Source: an uncultured Aminicenantes bacterium | GTDB taxonomy: Bacteria; Acidobacteriota; Aminicenantia; UBA2199 | Direction of reading: 5' to 3' | Length of the DNA: 23,174 nucleotides | NCBI GenBank assembly: GCA_965195285.1 | Contig: CBDAFS010000056.1 | Location: 1 to 23,174, forward strand | Shown: positions 7,300 through 17,319 of the stretch, in pieces | How positions within the stretch are numbered: the first letter of the stretch is position 1 | How the letters are laid out: each line of letters opens with the position of its first letter | Notes under the pieces: model-generated | Told to the model about the DNA's origin: nothing | The model's input: only the letters and a program-made list of their open reading frames with translations | Database searches by the model: none | Program-made: the position numbers and the translations under genes

Positions 7300-9477
7300 T
7301 TACAGATGTTTTTTAATCACTTCTATAACGTCGGGAAGATTCATTCCGATTTTATTGAGATGTTCAATGGTAGGGATTCCTTCCGGGGTCCAGCCTTTTC
7401 TTTTATAGGCAGCATCTTTCAGGCGTTCATATTCCGCTTCTCGAAACTCTCTCAACTTTATTAATTTTTCTTCACTGGTTTTGCCTGCGACGTCAATTCC
7501 CAAATTCTCTTTCAGTTGCTGATCATAACGCTCCTGACGGGATTCATACTCTTCAACAGTAACCGGGCCAGCTGATCTGAAGGGTATATCGTCATCCTTT
7601 CTTTTGCCATGCCCCATTCGAAGGTTGAAGATCTTCTGAAAATTATATACCCTTTCGGACTGAAGGATCAATTCATGCTTGTCGATTTTCCGACCGGTTA
7701 TAGCATTGTAGATATCCACATAATTCTGGACATGTTCCGGTACTTTGTTGGGTTCATCGGTTTCTGCATTTCCCTCCGGTTCAATATCATTCCAGGGCAA
7801 TTTGCACAAACCCTGCAGCCCGAACCAGGTTCTAAACATGGGAAAATAGTGAAGGGCTTCCGCTTTATCCTCAAAAGTCGGGATCTGGTTGTTTACCATG
7901 TCCATAAAAATCAACCAGGCCTCATCATGCTGGGGACCTTTGAGGGCAAAACCAAAACCACCCTGCTGGGCCAGTGATTCCTTGGAAACATATTCGGAAT
8001 ATTCCAGGCCTTTGGTTTCCATACCGATATCATCCATCATTTTCCGGTCAGCCCCAAAATGTTTTTCAAAATAGTGCTTCATCCATCGGACACCTTTACC
8101 AGCAATCAGTCCAAATCCCTCACCTCTGGAAATCCGGTGAAGCAATTCGAGCACATCATCGGAATTACCCCAGGAAAAATCCAGTCCTCCGGTTTTTTCC
8201 CGATCCAGATAACCTTTCTCCCAGCACTCCATGATGAATGCAGTTGAGGTTCCAAAAGAAATGGTATCCAGCCCGTAAGTGTCACAGTAAAAATTGATTT
8301 CCAATACAGCTCTGGGATCGAATATTCCCGTATTTGATCCCACACCGGCAACGGTTTCATATTCCGGTCCGTCTACCGTAACCAAATCTCCTTCATAGGG
8401 ACCGGTTTCCAGTTTAAAATTGTCAACAGCATGAGAACAGGCCATCGTACAACCAAACCAGCACCCATCAGGATAGTTATGGGTTAGATATTCGTCATAA
8501 AACACATTGGCTGATAAATTTTTAGCCTTTTCATGGCTTCCAAATTTGTAATTCATGGTGGGCAACAAATCATATTCATTCATTACATCCACCAGGTTGG
8601 CGGTTCCCAGTTTTCGCATCTTGCACATCTGGTCATCCCGTTCCAGGATTTCATTGTGAAGTTTTAAGCCTGTTTTTTGCAGTTTTTCCAGATCTACAGG
8701 ATTGGTGCTGTTTCCCTTCACCCCGGAATACTTGACAACCAGGGCTTTAATTTTTTTATCCCTGAAAACGGTTCCGATTCCACCTCTGCCGGCTTGTTTT
8801 ACCCGGGGAAGTTTTCGTCTTTTATCATAAAGTGAAAAATTCAGACAGCCGATATAGGCATGTTCGGATCCGGTTCCGGCTGATACCGAAGAGATATGTT
8901 GTTTTTCAATCTCTTTTTCCGCAAACATCTCGACCATTTGTTCAGCCAGAACATGGGTATCCACAGCTTCACCTGGAGCCTCAAAGATTCTTACCATTCC
9001 GATATTGCCATCAATATAAATAATGATATCGTTACTGGCCTTTCCCTGTATCTCCAGTGCGTCAAACCCGGAAAATTTTAAATAAGGACCGAAATAACCC
9101 CCGACATTACTGTCAATGGGAATACCGGTGAGGGGTGAAATTGAAGTGACAATTGATTTCCCAGAGCCCGGATAACTGGTATTTCCTCCAATCGGGCCGG
9201 TGGCAATATTTATTTCATTCTCTGGATCATCCCAACGGGTGTCATCATTTACGGCATCCCACAGAAGTTTTAAATCAAAGCCTTTACCTCCGGTAAACTT
9301 TTCCTTCATTTCCTCGCTGACCGCTTTCTCTTTGATTTCATTGGTTGAAATATTGATATAAAGGGTTCTGTTGGCATAGCCCTTTTTAATCTCCCCCAAT
9401 TCATACTTATATTCCTTGAGTATTTTGTGCCGGGCTTTAAGCATTGTTATGTCATGCTTTTTATTGGTTTCACTCAT
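7300..9477 (-). CDS. aor: Aldehyde:ferredoxin oxidoreductase (AOR/WOR family, tungstopterin)
   Basis: QAGRGGIG, C.GC...C (GCWFGCTMACSH), GPEYET and GLDTIS motifs. Likely start ATG 9477 (MSETNKK), just after the Fe-S gene stop, with GGAGGAG upstream. Confidence 0.9.
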   Translation of the reverse strand: MSETNKKHDITMLKARHKILKEYKYELGEIKKGYANRTLYINISTNEIKEKAVSEEMKEKFTGGKGFDLKLLWDAVNDDTRWDDPENEINIATGPIGGNTSYPGSGKSIVTSISPLTGIPIDSNVGGYFGPYLKFSGFDALEIQGKASNDIIIYIDGNIGMVRIFEAPGEAVDTHVLAEQMVEMFAEKEIEKQHISSVSAGTGSEHAYIGCLNFSLYDKRRKLPRVKQAGRGGIGTVFRDKKIKALVVKYSGVKGNSTNPVDLEKLQKTGLKLHNEILERDDQMCKMRKLGTANLVDVMNEYDLLPTMNYKFGSHEKAKNLSANVFYDEYLTHNYPDGCWFGCTMACSHAVDNFKLETGPYEGDLVTVDGPEYETVAGVGSNTGIFDPRAVLEINFYCDTYGLDTISFGTSTAFIMECWEKGYLDREKTGGLDFSWGNSDDVLELLHRISRGEGFGLIAGKGVRWMKHYFEKHFGADRKMMDDIGMETKGLEYSEYVSKESLAQQGGFGFALKGPQHDEAWLIFMDMVNNQIPTFEDKAEALHYFPMFRTWFGLQGLCKLPWNDIEPEGNAETDEPNKVPEHVQNYVDIYNAITGRKIDKHELILQSERVYNFQKIFNLRMGHGKRKDDDIPFRSAGPVTVEEYESRQERYDQQLKENLGIDVAGKTSEEKLIKLREFREAEYERLKDAAYKRKGWTPEGIPTIEHLNKIGMNLPDVIEVIKKHL

Positions 9478-9479
9478 GA

Positions 9480-9869
9480 TTACTCCTCCTCCACAATTTC
9501 CAAGGCTTTTTCCGGGCATTCATCTGCACAGGATCCGCAGGCAATACACTTAAAAGGAACGATTAATCCGTGATAGCGTCTCATGCTATCGGTTGGACAA
9601 ATCGACACGCAAGCATAACAGCCGATACACAGGTTCTTGTTAAGCATAACCACTCCTTTTTTATTGATGGTTAAAGCCATGGTGGGACATTCTGCCACAC
9701 AGGTCCCGCATTGGTTACACACATTCATATCAAAAGCTTCATTTAGAGCGGTAATTTTAATGCAGGAAAGTTCAGGATTGTCTTCTTTGAAATAAAGCTT
9801 GGAGCAAACACTTATGCATATATTGCATCCATTACACCGTTCCGGATAGGTTTTTAAATATTTCTTCAT
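9480..9869 (-). CDS. 4Fe-4S dicluster electron-transfer subunit (AOR partner)
   Basis: Four CxxCxxCxxxC-type clusters; likely start ATG 9869 (MKKYLK) with AGGAGG upstream. Confidence 0.9.
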   Translation of the reverse strand: MKKYLKTYPERCNGCNICISVCSKLYFKEDNPELSCIKITALNEAFDMNVCNQCGTCVAECPTMALTINKKGVVMLNKNLCIGCYACVSICPTDSMRRYHGLIVPFKCIACGSCADECPEKALEIVEEE

Positions 9870-9988
9870 GATAAAATCTACCAACCTCCTGTTGTCATTT
9901 AAAGAATTCATTATACCATTTACCGGCATTTAAGCAAAACAAAATTGATGGTATTACCGTCGACATGTTATAATGTTGTTATTACAAA

Positions 9989-10192
9989 ATGATCATCACC
10001 TTGAACAATAGAAAAACCACCTTTGAGGCTGAAATCCTTACTGTCCGTGAGTTGTTTACCCTGATGAAATACAACTTTCCCATGATCGTGGTCAAAATAA
10101 ATGGAATTTTGATTAAAAAGGATCAGTATAACCAAACCACTATAAAGGATGGGGACAGGGTAGAAGCCATTCATCTGATCAGCGGCGGTTAA
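9989..10192 (+). CDS. ThiS/MoaD family sulfur carrier protein
   Basis: 67 aa ubiquitin-like protein ending DGDRVEAIHLISGG; divergent from the AOR operon; extended -10 TGTTATAAT at 9966-9974. Confidence 0.88.
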   Translation: MIITLNNRKTTFEAEILTVRELFTLMKYNFPMIVVKINGILIKKDQYNQTTIKDGDRVEAIHLISGG

Positions 10193-10231
10193 ACCGTTAT
10201 ATATTGTGGGATTGGAAAAAGGAGTTTATAA

Positions 10232-11419
10232 ATGATATTGAAAAAAGGTTTCTTGATAATTTTTTTTACATTCATATTCCTGACCTTCAGTTTTTACGGC
10301 CTAGCAAAAACCAAGGCTGTCACCAATATTATTTTCATGGTACCGGATGGTTTGGCCATATCCAATGTGACAGCGGCCCGTGTTTATGCTTTTGGTACCG
10401 ATAAACAGAGACTTTACCTTGAAACCCTGGACCAGATCGGCTACCAGAGTACCCATTCATTAAATAGCATGGTCACCGATTCGGCTGCCGCGGCCTCGGC
10501 CTGGGCCTGTGGAGAAAAATTTAATAACGGAGAAATTTCTTTCCACTGCAAAACCAGAACTTCACCCAGAACCATTCTGGAACTGGCCCGGGAAATGGGA
10601 AAAAAATCAGGACTGGTCGCCACATCATCCATTACCCATGCAACACCGGCTGCATTTGGTGCCCATGTCGGTAACCGAAACTGTGAAAACGAGATCGCCC
10701 GGCAATATATTGTCAAAAACGGAATAGACATTCTATTGGGCGCAGGAAAGGGTATATTTCAGTCATCCGAAATGGGAGCGGATCCCTGTGGCACCTATGG
10801 AGACTTTATAGAATTGGCCAAAGAAAGAGACTATACAATAGTGAATACCCGAGAAGAGATGTTCCGATCTCATAAAACAGCAAAAAAATTACTGGGATTG
10901 TTTCGGCATGTTTCACTTACCCCGGCCCATCGAAGATCCGAGGTAAAAAACTCACAGGATGAACCCCGCCTGGCTGAGATGACCCGGGTTGCACTTCAAT
11001 TTTTGGAAACCCATCAAAAAGGTTTCTTTTTACTGGTTGAAGGATCCCAGATCGATTGGGCCAACCATGCCAATAATTTGGAATACCAGATCAGTGAAAC
11101 CCTTGAATTCGACCAGGCAGTCAAGGTTGTCCTGGACTGGGTAAATCAGGACAGGAAGCGAAAAAAAGGTACACTGATTGTTATTGTTTCCGATCATGAC
11201 TGTGGAGGCTTCGCCATCAAGGGTCCCTGGGGGGAAACATTGACCCGGCCCGGACAGTATGTCGAAGCAGGATGGATCTGGGGAAGTCATACCGGTGAAG
11301 ATACCATGATCTGGAGCCAGGGCCCATATTCAAATCATCTGGGAAAAGCCATTGACAATACCGATATTTTCCACATTATGAAAGCGGCGCTCTACGGTAA
11401 AGAATATCAAAAGCAATAA
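10232..11419 (+). CDS. phoA: Alkaline phosphatase, secreted
   Basis: Signal peptide; MVPDG, VTDSAAAASA (catalytic Ser), THATPA, VEGSQIDWANH, SDH and HTGED metal-ligand motifs. Confidence 0.92.
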   Translation: MILKKGFLIIFFTFIFLTFSFYGLAKTKAVTNIIFMVPDGLAISNVTAARVYAFGTDKQRLYLETLDQIGYQSTHSLNSMVTDSAAAASAWACGEKFNNGEISFHCKTRTSPRTILELAREMGKKSGLVATSSITHATPAAFGAHVGNRNCENEIARQYIVKNGIDILLGAGKGIFQSSEMGADPCGTYGDFIELAKERDYTIVNTREEMFRSHKTAKKLLGLFRHVSLTPAHRRSEVKNSQDEPRLAEMTRVALQFLETHQKGFFLLVEGSQIDWANHANNLEYQISETLEFDQAVKVVLDWVNQDRKRKKGTLIVIVSDHDCGGFAIKGPWGETLTRPGQYVEAGWIWGSHTGEDTMIWSQGPYSNHLGKAIDNTDIFHIMKAALYGKEYQKQ

Positions 11420-11449
11420 TCAAACCCGGATTTTCACCTCGGTTTTTTA

Positions 11450-11478
11450 TTGACAGGTCGTTTCTGATAATATATAAT
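11450..11478 (+). promoter_or_regulatory. Consensus sigma70 promoter of the fabF operon
   Basis: TTGACA (11450-11455), 17 nt, TATAAT (11473-11478). Confidence 0.8.
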
Positions 11479-11556
11479 TTATTCTCGATTAGAATTATAT
11501 ATTAATCGACACATAAAACAATTCTTCCTAAAGTATGAATGAAATAATCATAAATC

Positions 11557-12807
11557 ATGAAAGAGCATAGGGTTGTTATAACCGGATTGGGCGCAGTAAC
11601 CCCTATAGGAACAGGCATCGATAATTTCTTTAATGAAATGAATTCCGGGAGTAATGGCATATCCAAAATCACCAGTTTCGATCCTACTGATTTCCCCTCC
11701 CATATGGCGGCAGAAGTAAAAGATTTTAATCCGGATGCATTTATCGAATCAAAATTATCCAAACGCATGGACCGCTTCACCCACTTTGGTGTGGCTTCAG
11801 CAGATATGGCATTTAAAGATGCAGGCCTCGTCAATTCCGGATTTGATGGAAAAAGGGCCGGAGTTATCATCGGTTCCGGAATCGGAGGCTCCGACACCAT
11901 TGGGAATGGTTATTCCCTGCTTAATAAGAATGGACCCAAATCCCTGAGTCCTTTCTTCGTATCGAAGTTGCTTATCAATATGGCGGCCTGCATGGTCTCT
12001 ATCATATATGGCCTGAAAGGCCCGCTTTCTGCTCCGTCTGTTGCCTGTTCAACCGGTGCAAATGCCATCGGAGATGCATTTCGAATCATTCAGAGGGGAG
12101 ATGCCGATATCATGCTGGCAGGCGGTTCGGAAGCCAGTATTACCCCTCTGGCTTATGCCGGCTTTTGTGCAACCCGCTCCATGTCCAGGAGAAATGATTT
12201 TCCCGAAAAAGCCAGCCGGCCATTTGACAAGAACCGGGATGGTTTTATCATGGGAGAAGGTTCCGGCATCGTGGTTCTGGAGGAACTCGAGCATGCCCTA
12301 AAGCGCAATGCCCGAATTTATGCCGAACTCGCCGGTTATGGAAATACTGCTGACGCTTATCATTTTACCGCTCCCGATCCTTCCGGTGATGGTATGGTCA
12401 GGGTCATGAAACAAGCCATCCGGGATGCCGGTATTGACGTGCATCAAGTAGACTATATCAATGCCCACGGTACCTCAACCGTATTAAACGACAAAATCGA
12501 AAATACAGCTATTTTAAAACTCTTTGGCCAGTACGCAACAAACCTGAAGATCAGTTCAATAAAATCAATGATCGGACATCTCCTGGCAGCCGCAGGTGCC
12601 GTTGAATTTGTGTCAACCGTTCTGAGTATCCATACGGGGATATTGCCCCCGACCATTAATCATGAGGAACCGGACCCGGAATGTTCCCTGAATATCATTA
12701 CTGAAAGTACCGATGCCGGTAATCTTGAAATTGCCATCAGTAATTCCTTTGGATTTGGCGGGGGAAACGCCTGTCTGGTTGTAAATAAATATCGAGGTAA
12801 AACATGA
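11557..12807 (+). CDS. fabF: Beta-ketoacyl-ACP synthase II
   Basis: RVVITGLG, ACSTG (Cys), NAHGTST and KSMIGH (His-His), SNSFGFGG. Confidence 0.95.
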   Translation: MKEHRVVITGLGAVTPIGTGIDNFFNEMNSGSNGISKITSFDPTDFPSHMAAEVKDFNPDAFIESKLSKRMDRFTHFGVASADMAFKDAGLVNSGFDGKRAGVIIGSGIGGSDTIGNGYSLLNKNGPKSLSPFFVSKLLINMAACMVSIIYGLKGPLSAPSVACSTGANAIGDAFRIIQRGDADIMLAGGSEASITPLAYAGFCATRSMSRRNDFPEKASRPFDKNRDGFIMGEGSGIVVLEELEHALKRNARIYAELAGYGNTADAYHFTAPDPSGDGMVRVMKQAIRDAGIDVHQVDYINAHGTSTVLNDKIENTAILKLFGQYATNLKISSIKSMIGHLLAAAGAVEFVSTVLSIHTGILPPTINHEEPDPECSLNIITESTDAGNLEIAISNSFGFGGGNACLVVNKYRGKT

Positions 12808-13871
12808 AAATACCAAAACTTAAAATTGGAAACTTGACTGCTGAGATACCGATTGTTCAGGGCGGAATGGGCGTCCGGGTTTCACTCGCCTCCCTGGCTT
12901 CTTCAGTGGCCAATCAGGGCGGAATCGGAACCATTGCCAGCGTAGGCCTGGGAGATGCCGAAAAAGCAAAACAGGATTTTGAAAAACAATGCCGGGAAGC
13001 ACTGGAAGAAGAAATTTTCAAGGCACAAAGCATGACAGACGGACATCTGGCAGTCAATGTCATGGGCGTACTCAGTAATTCGGAGGATCTGGTAAAAGCC
13101 TCAGTGAGAGCAGGAATCAAGATCATCGTGTTTGGTGCCGGTCTACCCGGAAAACTTCCTGAAACAGTGGATGACGATTCCGTAAATCTTGTTCTTATTG
13201 TCAGTTCTGCCCGGGCTGCCTCATTAATTCTGAGGGTCTGGGATAAACGTTACCAGAAAATCCCTGATGCATTTATCCTCGAAGGTCCGCTGGCAGGCGG
13301 ACATCTCGGTTTTTCAGAAGATCAGCTCAGGGAACCGGACAAATATTCTCTGGATATTCTGCTTCCTCAAGTACTCGAAACCATAAAAGAATACGAAGAT
13401 AAATCCGGAAAAAAGATCCCCGTTATTACCGCCGGCGGTATATTCACCGGCAAAGACATCGCCCGCATGTTGAACATGGGTGCTTCCGGTGTTCAAATGG
13501 CCACGAGATTCGTTTGCACCCCGGAATGTGGTGTATCCCCGGAATTCAAACAGGCCTATCTTGATGCCGGAGAAGAGGATACTGTTATCATCAAAAGCCC
13601 GGCCGGATTACCCGGGCGGGCCATCTACAACAAATTTCTAAAAGATCTCGAAATCAAGGGAAAACTGAAGATCAAATGCCCCTGGCGTTGCCTCTCAACT
13701 TGCAAAATCGAAGTGGCCAGATACTGTATTGCCGATGCTCTTTTAAATTCTTATTTCGGGAATGTTGATCAGGGTCTGATCTTTGCCGGAAAAAACGCCT
13801 ATCGGGTCAATAAAATCCAACCCGTAAAAGAAATCATTGATGAACTCATGACAGAACTTGAATCGGCATAA
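12804..13871 (+). CDS. Nitronate monooxygenase-family flavoprotein, FabX/FabK-like, with Cys cluster
   Basis: PIVQGGMG, EGPLAGGHLG, AGGI and GVQMATRF motifs; C-terminal CPWRCLSTC...YCIADAL; ATGA overlap with fabF. Confidence 0.85.
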   Translation: MKIPKLKIGNLTAEIPIVQGGMGVRVSLASLASSVANQGGIGTIASVGLGDAEKAKQDFEKQCREALEEEIFKAQSMTDGHLAVNVMGVLSNSEDLVKASVRAGIKIIVFGAGLPGKLPETVDDDSVNLVLIVSSARAASLILRVWDKRYQKIPDAFILEGPLAGGHLGFSEDQLREPDKYSLDILLPQVLETIKEYEDKSGKKIPVITAGGIFTGKDIARMLNMGASGVQMATRFVCTPECGVSPEFKQAYLDAGEEDTVIIKSPAGLPGRAIYNKFLKDLEIKGKLKIKCPWRCLSTCKIEVARYCIADALLNSYFGNVDQGLIFAGKNAYRVNKIQPVKEIIDELMTELESA

Positions 13872-14020
13872 ACATACCACATACTTTTTCATTAACAGGA
13901 ATAAATCTTAAAAACAGGAACGACATCCTTTTTATTTCATATTATATGCCAATAGGGGATCAAAACGCTAAAACAAAAAAGAAGTGATTATCGTACCAAG
14001 AAGGGAAGAGGGAGTAAATT

Positions 14021-15040
14021 ATGAAAAAAATTATTTTAATATCAATTGTCCTTGTTTTTCTAAACAGTTTAATGTTTGGCGCCAAAGTAATACCTTTGCC
14101 GGATTTATTAAATCCTACATCCATAAGTTTGGATAAAGATCAAATATATATCACCGAGGGTATTCACATTTACATCTATTCAAAAAAGGATTTCAGCCTG
14201 ATAAAGAAATTTGGCAAAGAGGGAGAGGGGCCCAAAGAATTCAAACTGCTCCAGCCCGGGGGATTTCCTCTCATAATCGATGTGCAGACAGGCAATATCA
14301 TTGTGAACAGTTTGTCCAAAATCTCCTTTTTTAGCAAAAAGGGTGAATACCAGAGAGAAATGAAGGTGGCTGTGGGAGTTTTTAGCGGTGCTCATCAGCC
14401 TTTGGGGAGCGGATTTGCCGGTATCGGATTCACTCAAGAAAACAAAACCTTATATAGAACTATCCATTTAACCGATGAGAAAATGGGTAAAGTCAAAGAT
14501 GTATACCGTATTGAACATGACTTTCAACAGGGAAAAGGATTTAAAGTGGTTACCAATCCCTATGCTTTCCAGACTTATCAAAACAAATTATTCATTGGCT
14601 GGGAAAACGAGTTTGTTATTCACCTATTTAATGAGAAAGGAACAAAACTCAATACCATTAATCAAAAATACAGACGTTTTCCAGTTACGGAAAACCATAA
14701 AAAAAAGATATTGGAATACTATAAAACTGACCCCAATACCAAACTGATCTACGAAGCCCTGAAGGACCAGATGTATTTTCCCAAACTTTTTCCTGCTATT
14801 CGCAACATGATTATTGTTGATCAAAAAATTTATATCCAGACTTTCAAACAAAAAGACAACATTGCTGAATTCTATATACTTGATCTTAAAGGAAAATTAT
14901 TAAAAAAACTATTGCTCCCAGTGAAAGAACAGAACCCTATCCTAATTTATCCCTACACAATTGCAGACGGAAAAATTTACCAACTAATAGAAAACATCGA
15001 TGAGGAAGAGTGGGAACTCCACATCAATAATATAAAATAA
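14021..15040 (+). CDS. Secreted hypothetical protein, probable 6-bladed beta-propeller
   Basis: Signal peptide MKKIILISIVLVFLNSLMFG; FGKEGEGPKEF motif and repeated beta-strand blades. Confidence 0.7.
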   Translation: MKKIILISIVLVFLNSLMFGAKVIPLPDLLNPTSISLDKDQIYITEGIHIYIYSKKDFSLIKKFGKEGEGPKEFKLLQPGGFPLIIDVQTGNIIVNSLSKISFFSKKGEYQREMKVAVGVFSGAHQPLGSGFAGIGFTQENKTLYRTIHLTDEKMGKVKDVYRIEHDFQQGKGFKVVTNPYAFQTYQNKLFIGWENEFVIHLFNEKGTKLNTINQKYRRFPVTENHKKKILEYYKTDPNTKLIYEALKDQMYFPKLFPAIRNMIIVDQKIYIQTFKQKDNIAEFYILDLKGKLLKKLLLPVKEQNPILIYPYTIADGKIYQLIENIDEEEWELHINNIK

Positions 15041-15087
15041 ACTTTATTTATTCTTGATTCAGGGAAGATTAAAATTGAGTTGAAACC

Positions 15088-16080
15088 ATGCCAACACAAA
15101 ACAATATGATTTCAGATGTACGGAGTTTTATGAAAAGCAGGATTATCCTCACAGCCGCCGAGTTAGATTTGTTTACCACATTAGATCAACATTCTATTTC
15201 TGCCAAAGACCTGGCTGCAATGCTTGACCTGAATGAAAGGGCTACGACAAGAATACTCGATTGCTTGATTACTTTCGAGCTCCTTGAAAAGCAAAACAAC
15301 TGTTATCGGACTACGGATAAGGGGTCAACCCTTTCGTCCATGCACCCGCATTCGATTCTTCCTTCGTTGAAACATTCCATTAGACTCTGGAACAACTGGA
15401 ACCATCTTACTGTAGCCATAAGAGAAGGCACTAATCCGCACCTGCAGCCCTGGAGCAGTAAAACTGTATCTGACGAAGAAAGGAAAGCTTTTATCGGCTC
15501 CATGCATATTGGAGCCAGGAAACACTTGAGCAAGATAAGCGATGCATATGATTCACGTCCATTCAAAAAGTTGCTTGATATTGGTGGTGGTTCCGGTGCT
15601 TACACAATTGCTTTCCTTCAAAAAAACCCACAATTGCAAGCTATCATTTATGATTTGGAAGGTGTCATTCCCATTGCGGAAGAAAAGATCAGGGAAGTAC
15701 AACTTCAAAATCGAGTCAGTTTTGTCGCAGGAGATTATAATAGGGATGAACTTCCTGGTGGATGTGACCTCGCTCTGTTGTCAGCTGTCATACACCAGAA
15801 CAACCTTGAACAGAATCTCAGTCTTTTTCAGAAAGTATATCGTGCCCTCGAATTGGGCGGTGCGCTTTTAATCCGTGATCATGTTATGGATACGACCCGG
15901 ACAAAACCACCTATGGGGGCGATTTTTGCCCTGAATATGCTGGTCAGCACATCAGCCGGTGATACGTATACTTTCGATGAGATTAAAGATAGTCTGGAAA
16001 TGGCCGGTTTTGAAAAAGTAGAAACCTTAATGACAGGGGAAAAGATGGACTGTCTGATAGAAGCTAAAAAATTGAAGTAG
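15088..16080 (+). CDS. SAM-dependent O-methyltransferase (dimerisation domain + Methyltransf_2)
   Basis: AAELDLFT N-terminal dimerisation helix; LLDIGGGSG motif I, YDL, VAGD and LSAVIH. Confidence 0.9.
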   Translation: MPTQNNMISDVRSFMKSRIILTAAELDLFTTLDQHSISAKDLAAMLDLNERATTRILDCLITFELLEKQNNCYRTTDKGSTLSSMHPHSILPSLKHSIRLWNNWNHLTVAIREGTNPHLQPWSSKTVSDEERKAFIGSMHIGARKHLSKISDAYDSRPFKKLLDIGGGSGAYTIAFLQKNPQLQAIIYDLEGVIPIAEEKIREVQLQNRVSFVAGDYNRDELPGGCDLALLSAVIHQNNLEQNLSLFQKVYRALELGGALLIRDHVMDTTRTKPPMGAIFALNMLVSTSAGDTYTFDEIKDSLEMAGFEKVETLMTGEKMDCLIEAKKLK

Positions 16081-16230
16081 AATCTATTTCTTTTTTCTTT
16101 AGACCTGACTCCAATTGCCTTTCTGAAAATATACCGGGTTGAATAAAAATCTTGGTTATGTAAAATGTTAAGGTTAGCATTTAAGAAGGGTCTTACGATT
16201 AAGTTGATTAAAAAAAGGAGGATTTTAGAA

Positions 16231-17298
16231 ATGAACCGAAAAGCAAACAAGCATATTCTAAATCAAACCATTCCCAGAAGAAAATTCCTGAAACAGGCAA
16301 CAATCAGCACCCTGGGAATAGCAATAACCCACCCTTTATTGAACAACCGATTGTTCAGTCAGCAAATAAAGAAAAAAAGCAAAGTCATTCTGGTGCAACA
16401 TCCTCAGGTAATTGATGCCAGTGGAAAAGTCCAATATCCCATTTTAAAAGAAATGCTCACCAGGGCAATCATTGAATTTACAGAGAAAACCAATTTAAAA
16501 GAGGCCTGGAGTAAATTTATTTCTTATGGCCGACCGATTGGAATCAAACTCAACACATTGGGATTGTCCAGGATAAAAAACTCCCCATTGACTAATCACT
16601 ATTCTGCCATCACATCAATACTGGTGGATGATTTAAAACAGGCTGGAGTTGATGAGAAAGATTTAATCATCTGGGATCGTAGTGACCAGGAACTGGTAAA
16701 TGCCGGTTTAACTGTGCAGAAAAGTCCAGAGAAGGTTCGAGTCATTGGGGTTAAAGCCAGTAGAGGAAGCAATGAAACTGCAGAGGAATTCGACCCTAAA
16801 TATTATCCCATTGGGAACAAGAAAGTAAGACTCAGTCGGATATTAACCGATCAATGTAACACTCTTATCAGTATCCCTATACTCAAACACCATCAGTTGG
16901 CCGGAATTACCGGCAGCTTAAAAAGCCATTTTGGCTCCATTGACAATCCCGGGCAATTTCACTCCACCCGCTGTGTTAATCCTGGAATTCCTGAATTGAA
17001 TGCCATTCCGGTTATAAGAAAAAAACAGAAGTTGATTATTGCCGACTGTTTGCTGGGTTTATACCATGGTGGACCCTGGTGGAATCCCCGGTATGTCTGG
17101 CCTTACGGTGGAATCGTTGTGGGAACAGACCCGGTGGCTGTGGATACAATTCTTTTAAATATTATGGATGAAAAAAGAAAATCCCAGAACATGGTACCCA
17201 TTGAGCAGAGTATTCAGCAGCTGAAGCTATCAGAAAAATTGGGCCTAGGGACTTGTGACACCAATCAGATAGATTTGAAAGTCATTAAGCTGAGCTAA
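16231..17298 (+). CDS. DUF362 domain protein with Tat signal
   Basis: RRKFLK twin-arginine motif; IKLN, P.LK.H..AGITGSLK..FG and DPVAVD motifs. ATG 16231 follows GGAGG. Confidence 0.8.
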   Translation: MNRKANKHILNQTIPRRKFLKQATISTLGIAITHPLLNNRLFSQQIKKKSKVILVQHPQVIDASGKVQYPILKEMLTRAIIEFTEKTNLKEAWSKFISYGRPIGIKLNTLGLSRIKNSPLTNHYSAITSILVDDLKQAGVDEKDLIIWDRSDQELVNAGLTVQKSPEKVRVIGVKASRGSNETAEEFDPKYYPIGNKKVRLSRILTDQCNTLISIPILKHHQLAGITGSLKSHFGSIDNPGQFHSTRCVNPGIPELNAIPVIRKKQKLIIADCLLGLYHGGPWWNPRYVWPYGGIVVGTDPVAVDTILLNIMDEKRKSQNMVPIEQSIQQLKLSEKLGLGTCDTNQIDLKVIKLS

Positions 17299-17319
17299 AA
17301 TACCTGATCTTCTTCAACT

